The notes under the pieces are model-generated. The model was given only the letters and a program-made list of their open reading frames with translations, searched no databases and was not told the origin of the DNA. A stretch of 64,000 nucleotides of DNA. Origin: the human T2T-CHM13v2.0 reference genome, Homo sapiens. Each line of letters opens with the position of its first letter. The stretch's first letter is position 1. The position numbers and the translations under genes were made by a program. The stretch lies in assembly GCF_009914755.1 (NCBI RefSeq), contig NC_060925.1. One strand, written 5' to 3'. Of this stretch, positions 56,673 through 64,000 are shown piece after piece.

Positions 56673-57354
56673 AAAGGGAATTGGCAGGTAGTCACAGAAT
56701 TGGACTCATGATTCACTTAGCCCAAAACTATTATAGCTATACCCTTGTTTCTCACTGTCACCTTTCTAATAGACCTACTCTCCAGAATCCTGCATTTAAG
56801 ATTTATATTTTAAACTGTGTGTGTTTAACGGAGAGGGGAGTAGTCATTTATATTTGTTTTAGGTGACATCCTTCCCTTCAGATAAACTCAACTTTCAATC
56901 TAACTGGCTGAAAAAAAAATGGGTTTCTAAACATCTCAGCACAAAGAAAATGCCTGGGGATATCTGTAGTTTTTAAAGTGAAAATCAACACCTAATAATA
57001 AAAATTACTTGGTAACTGGTAGAAAAAAAATGACTTAACCTTTTACACTTTAACAACAGTGTTAGGAATTAGAGTGAAATAATGTCACTTATCACACCAC
57101 ATCCACAACCCTGGTTTTGGTACTTAAGGAAGCTGCTTCTTATTATGGAATGGGATGAAAAATTACTCAATACTTGAGTTCCTAACAGGAAAAAAAAATC
57201 AGATTTCTCAACGGGATGATTTAATATTTTCACTGCCATATAATGCCCATGGCAGATCTCCCTCTGTGTGTGGATTAGCTTCAAGTCATCTTAGTATCTC
57301 TATATGTAATTGACTATGATCATATGTAGTTGCATGCAAAGCTTTGGGTTGATG

Positions 57355-57378
57355 TTTGTTGTTGTTGTTGTTGTTGTT
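57355..57378. repeat. (GTT)n microsatellite
   Basis: Directly visible. Confidence 0.9.
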
Positions 57379-57969
57379 TTTCAGGAGAAAACCCATAGCC
57401 TTTATGGGGTCTTAAGTGGCCCAAAACCCACGACACTGCCATCTTTCAGGCCCATTTCACTTAACAACAGAACACATGCAGCTCTAGAGCTTGGTACCCT
57501 TTCCACTTGATAGCTGCACATTCATTAGTCAATAGGTCAACAGTAACTTTCCAACAGTGGACACTTTTATACATTTTTTTAAAGGACAGGAATAATAATG
57601 AAAGAAATAAAATAAAGCTCCACAGAAAACCAAAGGTCTTTTCCTATCCCATTCTATCCAACAACAACAAAAAAAATAAAATAAAAAAATAGTAACCTGG
57701 AGAAAAACTCTATTATTTAAAAGTCCTATGTCAGTATTTTATAAGAAGCAAATGTATATTTGGAAAGAGTGAACTTGTTCCAGAACTAAAACAAGGCTCT
57801 ACCAGGAAGCTCTGTCAAAATAACGCAAACTATTTTCTCCAGTGGCAAAACTTTTAGCCCAAAGAGCTAGAACTAGCTACCAAGAGTTAAAAGACTTGCT
57901 CTCCAATCCTGGTCCCTCTGTTAACTCACTGTATAGCCACAGACAAATGACTGTTTCCCTCAACAATAC

Positions 57970-58701
<732 letters not shown>

Positions 58702-58820
58702 AATACCAAAAACAAAGCCAATCAATCCCTGTGAAGGTCAGGACAATGGGTAGAAGTATAAGTGGGTCAGATTACGAAGCACTGGATATACCTAAAGAAT
58801 ATTAAATAACATATGATCAT

Positions 58821-59142
<322 letters not shown>

Positions 59143-59894
59143 TCAAATCCTCAAAAGAAATCAGGCACCTATTTGAACATGGCATTCTACTGGCTACTAT
59201 ACAAAGTGAGTTGCCTAGCAAAGCCCATGTCTTCCTGGAAGCAGCTTGGGCACACAACCCAACCAGTCAGACATGAAGGATGTTCAGACCACTGGATAAA
59301 TAGCAAATAACTCATATCCAGCCTCCGTGCATAACCCTGTATGTTTTGCCTACCACCGAGGACCACACTTAAATAGGTTGTGCAAACCAAAGCAAACTGC
59401 TCATGGAGGAAATATAAGAAATGACTGTACAGTACAAGAGTATTACTGACTATTTAACCCAGAGGTACTTTTTAAGGAGAAGGGAAAAGAACAATGAGAG
59501 AATGGAAAAACAAATTTAGAACTATACGTTACCATTAACTGTTTCTGGCATAAAAATCTCTTTTGATTGCATTTTAGTGGGGATTCACACTCCAGATGCA
59601 CCAAATTTAGCTTCAGCATCAGTATTTGACCAACATCAGACAGTCGGCTTTGGCCTTTAAAAACTAAATAAGGAATGCTAACTTCAAAAACACTTTTGGC
59701 AGCCCTGAACCTGTAACTGATGAGTATGGGATGACAGAGGTCACCATTGCATCTAATCAGGGTTAAAGGCAATCATACACAAGCCAGGTCCTTCAGATTT
59801 ATTTTGGTATGTAAACGTTTGCTTTCAAATATTTGTAAGCATTCTAGATGGAACAGAGTGAAATGCCCCTTATGTGCTTAAAAATGTAAATTTT

Positions 59895-60185
59895 GGCTGG
59901 GCGCGGTGGCTCACGTCGGTAATCCCAGCACTTTGGGAGGCCAAGGCGGGTGGCTCACGAGGTCAGGAGTTCAAGACCAGCCTGGCCAAGATGGTGAAAC
60001 CCCATCTCTACTAAAAATACAAAAATTAGCCGGGCGTGGTGGCAGGTGCCTGTAATCCCAGCTACTCAGGAGGCTGAGGCAGAGAAGTGCTTGAACCCAG
60101 GAGGTGGAGGCTGCAGTGAGCGGAGATCATGCCACTGCACCCCAGCCTGGACGACAGAGCAAGACTCCATCTCAAAAAAAAAAAA
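59895..60185 (+). mobile_element. Alu
   Basis: Dimer with A-tail. Flanking gtaaatttt. Confidence 0.94.
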
Positions 60186-60338
60186 GGTAAATTTTATCAG
60201 TCGGTATTACAAAAGTAAAAAGCTACAGTAATTAGGGTGAAAGCTGTCAATTTTACCTATTAAAATAAGTAAGAATATTTAATTCAATAAGCACAGTGAA
60301 CATCAATATCGAAAGACAATTTTCGGTGGTACACTATA

Positions 60339-60625
60339 GTCGGGTGTGGTGGCTCATGCCTGTAATCCCAGAACTTTGGGAGGCCAATGCGGGAGGACTG
60401 CTTGAGGCCAGGATTTGAGATCAGCCTGGGCAACACAGCAAGACTTTGTCTCTGAAAAAAAAAACTTTAGCCAGGATTAGCGGGGCGTGCCTACAGTCCC
60501 AGTTATAGGCTCACAGCAGGGGAGGATCTCTTGAGCTCAGGAGATCAAGGTTGCTGTGAACTGTGTGATCAGGCCACTGTACTTCGGCCTCTGCCACAGA
60601 GCAAGACCCCAACCCCCAAAAACAA
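60339..60625 (+). mobile_element. Alu (diverged, J-like)
   Basis: Diverged dimer. Confidence 0.85.
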
Positions 60626-61559
60626 AGTGAAACATATCTCTGGGCGTAAATAAATGTTCACCAAAAATTAAATAATTATGCTAAAATAACAGTTTAGATT
60701 TTAATTTTAATCTTTTTATAGTTTCCATTATTATCTTGTTAGGATGAAAAGTAGACTGTCAACTCTGCCACCCCAAAATTTCACATGAAGGAAAAACTCC
60801 AAAATTCATGTATGACATCCAACCTAAGTAATTTCAATCCAGTAATAATAAAGAACAGAGAAGGATGAAAAGAAAGTATTGGAGAAAAATTAAGTATTCC
60901 CAAATTGCTCCTCCACCAACATCATTTAAAAGTATGCATCCACTGAGTAATGCAAATGTGTAGAATACCAGAGAAGCCATCTAGCAGCAACAACACAGGC
61001 ACTGTAATTTTAAACGTTTATATTTGCTTCCTATATTTTTGAAAAATAAAGTTGTAATAACAACGTTTTGAAAATTTCCAAACTCTTCCTTGTATCCCAG
61101 AGGTTCCTTTTTTGCTCTTTGGCTTTGGCTTTGACTGGATACTGATTTTACCCTTGGCCATTCTGCACCTAACCTGACTGTGCACTAGGTCCCCTGCCAT
61201 AACCTGGATGAAGGTCTGGCTGAGCGTCTCTGGGATCCTTTACAGCCCCTCTAATGCATCAGTCGGGAATCAAAAGCGTGGGTCCCAACTCTGACAGTGA
61301 CTTTTGAAGAGTTACTTGTCCGCACTAGGTCTCAGTCTTCTCATCTGTCAAATGGGAATAACAACTGTACCTATCTCACATCTGTTGTAAGGATTAGATA
61401 ATATATTTAGAGAGCTTAAAATGTTTAAAATGTCCGCTACTGCTATCATCACTATAATTGTAGTGTTCAATGACTGTGATTTCACCAGAGGGTCCGTCTG
61501 CCTTACGAAATTGCTGTCAAAAGAGCTTACCAATAATCCGTAGCAGATCACACCAGCTC

Positions 61560-62350
61560 AACAGGCCTCCACCTCCAGGAAGCCCTCCAGGGGCGGGCCG
61601 CCCTGCGCTATGCCCTCTGGCTGGACGCGTAGGGCTCCGGCTCACTCCGCCCAAGTCAGCCTCCCGCATCCCGCACGCCCGCGCTGGGGCCCGCACCTGC
61701 TCAGCAGGCCCTTGGGTGGGAAGTGCGCTTCTCCCGCCCCACCCAGGGCAGACAGTCCCGAGCAACGGCGCCCGCCGATGTCTCCCGGGCGCCCAGGAGG
61801 CCCGGTCTCTCCAGGGCGGTGAGTTCAGGTGGCCCGCCCCGCCCCGGCCGGAGAAACCCCGAAGCCCCGCCGCCGCGGACTCCAGGCTGCACAGGCCCCC
61901 GGGCGACGCGGGCGTCTCCGGGGCGGGCTGGCAGCCCGAGGCCAGGAGAGCACCCGCGTGTTGGCCTGGACGCTGTGCTAGGGCAGCTCTTACTGTTTCA
62001 CGTTGTCCCCCAGGGCCTCGCTTAAGTTCTTCTTGGCCGCCTCCAGCTCGCTCACAAAGGTCGCCATTGCTCCGCGTGTCTCAGCCCGACCGCAGACCGC
62101 CCGGCCACCGCGATCAACAACCCAAAAACCAACTCGGCGGAAGGCCTTGGCTCTGGAAGCTAAGCCGGCCGCCGTCAGTCCCGCCCCCAATCTCTCAGAA
62201 GTCGTTTGTTTGGTTTTCGGCTCCGCCCGCCTTTTCGCAGGGAAGGTGCCCGGCCAAACTCTGCTCTCTTCCTCCCGCCCCTCGAGTCACGTGATCCGCT
62301 TCACCTTGTCGCGCGCCCATCCTAAACCCGCGCGCCCCGCCTCGGCTGCA
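61560..62350 (-). promoter_or_regulatory. TADA1: CpG island / TADA1 promoter
   Basis: High CpG density around exon 1, GC boxes (~62180, ~62223, ~62274), E-box CACGTG at 62288-62293. Confidence 0.88.
61994..62067 (-). CDS. TADA1: TADA1 exon 1 coding part; transcriptional adaptor 1 (SAGA/STAGA subunit)
   Basis: gcaATGG Kozak context. [24 protein letters not shown](Q)|gtaaga. 74 nt. Confidence 0.95.
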
Positions 62351-64000
62351 ACGTTGCTGACAGGCTGGCGTGTCCCAAGCTCTTTCATTCTGTTACCGCT
62401 GGGGCAATTCCGAATTCAGCCTGCTGTTCTTCTGCCTGGAGGAGTACCTTACCCCTCCATTTAAAAAAGTAAATGCAGTATCAGTTTTACTCTTTCCTTG
62501 CCTTATTTTTCCCCGAGCACTAACCGTCTCATATGACATTTAGTTGATTTATCTTGTAAATGTTATGGCTCGAGGACAGGAGTTGTGTTTTATTCACTGT
62601 TACCCGCAATTCTCTAGAGCAGCGCCTGGCACATAGTGGATGCTTAATAAGTATTTGAGTAAATGAGGTAACTATGTAAAATTTGGAAAATACACAGAAA
62701 GATAAAGATAAAAAGAAGGAAAAAGTGTTTTACCACTCCCGGACAAACACTTAACTGAGAGAGATTTCTCCTTCACTTCGCACACTCCCATGACTTAAAA
62801 TATTCTATGTTCAATTTTGCACGTTTTTAAACTTAAGGATTTATCTGTAGTATTACATTGTCTTTAGAATAATTTTAATGACAACATATTAAATACCCCC
62901 ACAGATAGAAGGTACACAACTTGTTTCCCAATTGTTAGACTGTGTCCATTTCTTCTCTATTAAAAAGCAATACTGTAATATTGCTTTTGAAGCATATAGC
63001 ATAATGAAGCAAAACTTCTTTATGCATAAAACTTTTCCTCCTTTAGGATTATTACTTTAGCATAGAGTCCCACAAATAGAATTACTGGATCAAATGATGG
63101 GAATATTTATAAATGCCTTGGTGTATATTGTCAAATTGCCTCCCAAAGTTTTTTAAATAATCCTAGATAGCTTTTAGATCTTGTGTAATTTCTCCAAAGA
63201 TGTCCCCTTAAGTTCATTCATTCAACTTCCTCACTGCCCAACCTAAACCCACAAGCCCTGTCCTGGCTGCAATGCCAGCCGGGCACCTTCTCTTCACTTG
63301 AATTCATACAGTGAGCTCCTATTATGTGTCTGGAACTCTTTGAGTACTGGAGATACACAGGTGAAAGGAGATACAAAGGTCAGGCAAAGTCTTCCTCTCT
63401 GTGTCAAAACTCTGGGTAAGTTTTGACACATTTAAAAAATATCCACTTAAGTTTTCCATGGCTCCCCACGCTCTGCTGAACAAATTCCAGACTCCAGCAT
63501 TCAAATGTTCTCATGATCTGAACTCACCCTACCTGTGTACCTCACACACCACTGGCCTTCCCACATAACCCCACACTTGGACTCAGCATTCTAGTTAACT
63601 TGACTTTAACAAATCACATGGCTCTTCCCCTTTACGCATATCTCCTCTCTGCTGGTTTTGAGACTTATGGTTGGCTACCTCCATTTTTTTTGAATCAGGT
63701 TCAAACATATATATGAATCTATTCAAGGATCAAGTCAACAGGACTAGGAAAGGCTACAGATAGTTGGGTACATCTTCCAGGAAGAATCCCTGTTTCTCAT
63801 TTGTCTCTAGCCACGAAGAAAGATAGGCCTCAAAGATTTTCTTTTTGAACCCATGCTTGACAATACTCATACGTCTAGCTCAATTAAATATCCCTTTCTC
63901 TCTCAGCACTTATACACCTATTAACACTAATTTTACTACAGTTTTTCAGTTAAATGTCCATTTAAACTGTAATGTTAGACAATATAATATACATAAATGG

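Noticed and set aside
61470-62464. 274-aa and 153-aa + strand ORFs at the TADA1 promoter
   Set aside because: CpG-island artefacts antisense to TADA1 exon 1; no recognisable protein features.

Overview
Primate (human-like) genomic DNA, not prokaryotic. I recognise it as the POGK-TADA1 locus; the chr1q24 position is from memory. Positions 1-24.6 kb are almost entirely transposable-element relics: an ERVL pol fossil, two full-length MaLR proviruses with TSDs, several solo LTRs, L1, L2, MIR and Alu. A CpG island at ~25-25.9 kb starts POGK (+), a KRAB-pogo transposase fusion gene whose four coding exons I spliced by hand to 1830 nt (609 aa). TADA1 (-), a SAGA subunit, converges on it from a CpG island at ~61.6-62.35 kb; its eight coding exons total 1008 nt (335 aa). 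A DUT processed pseudogene lies antisense in TADA1 intron 3. I found no clear evidence of a wholly new biological system. Best second-look items: an interlocked bidirectional poly(A) site between the two genes; a PLNLS (CtBP-type) plus SUMO motif at the POGK N-terminus; a D-N-35-D inactivated catalytic triad; a Tc2-type MITE just upstream of the transposase exon; splice-phase routes to KRAB-less POGK; a ~95-bp templated insertion inside an LTR; and a 4-5-level TE nest. Repeat family names come from recalled consensus sequences and need Dfam/RepeatMasker confirmation.
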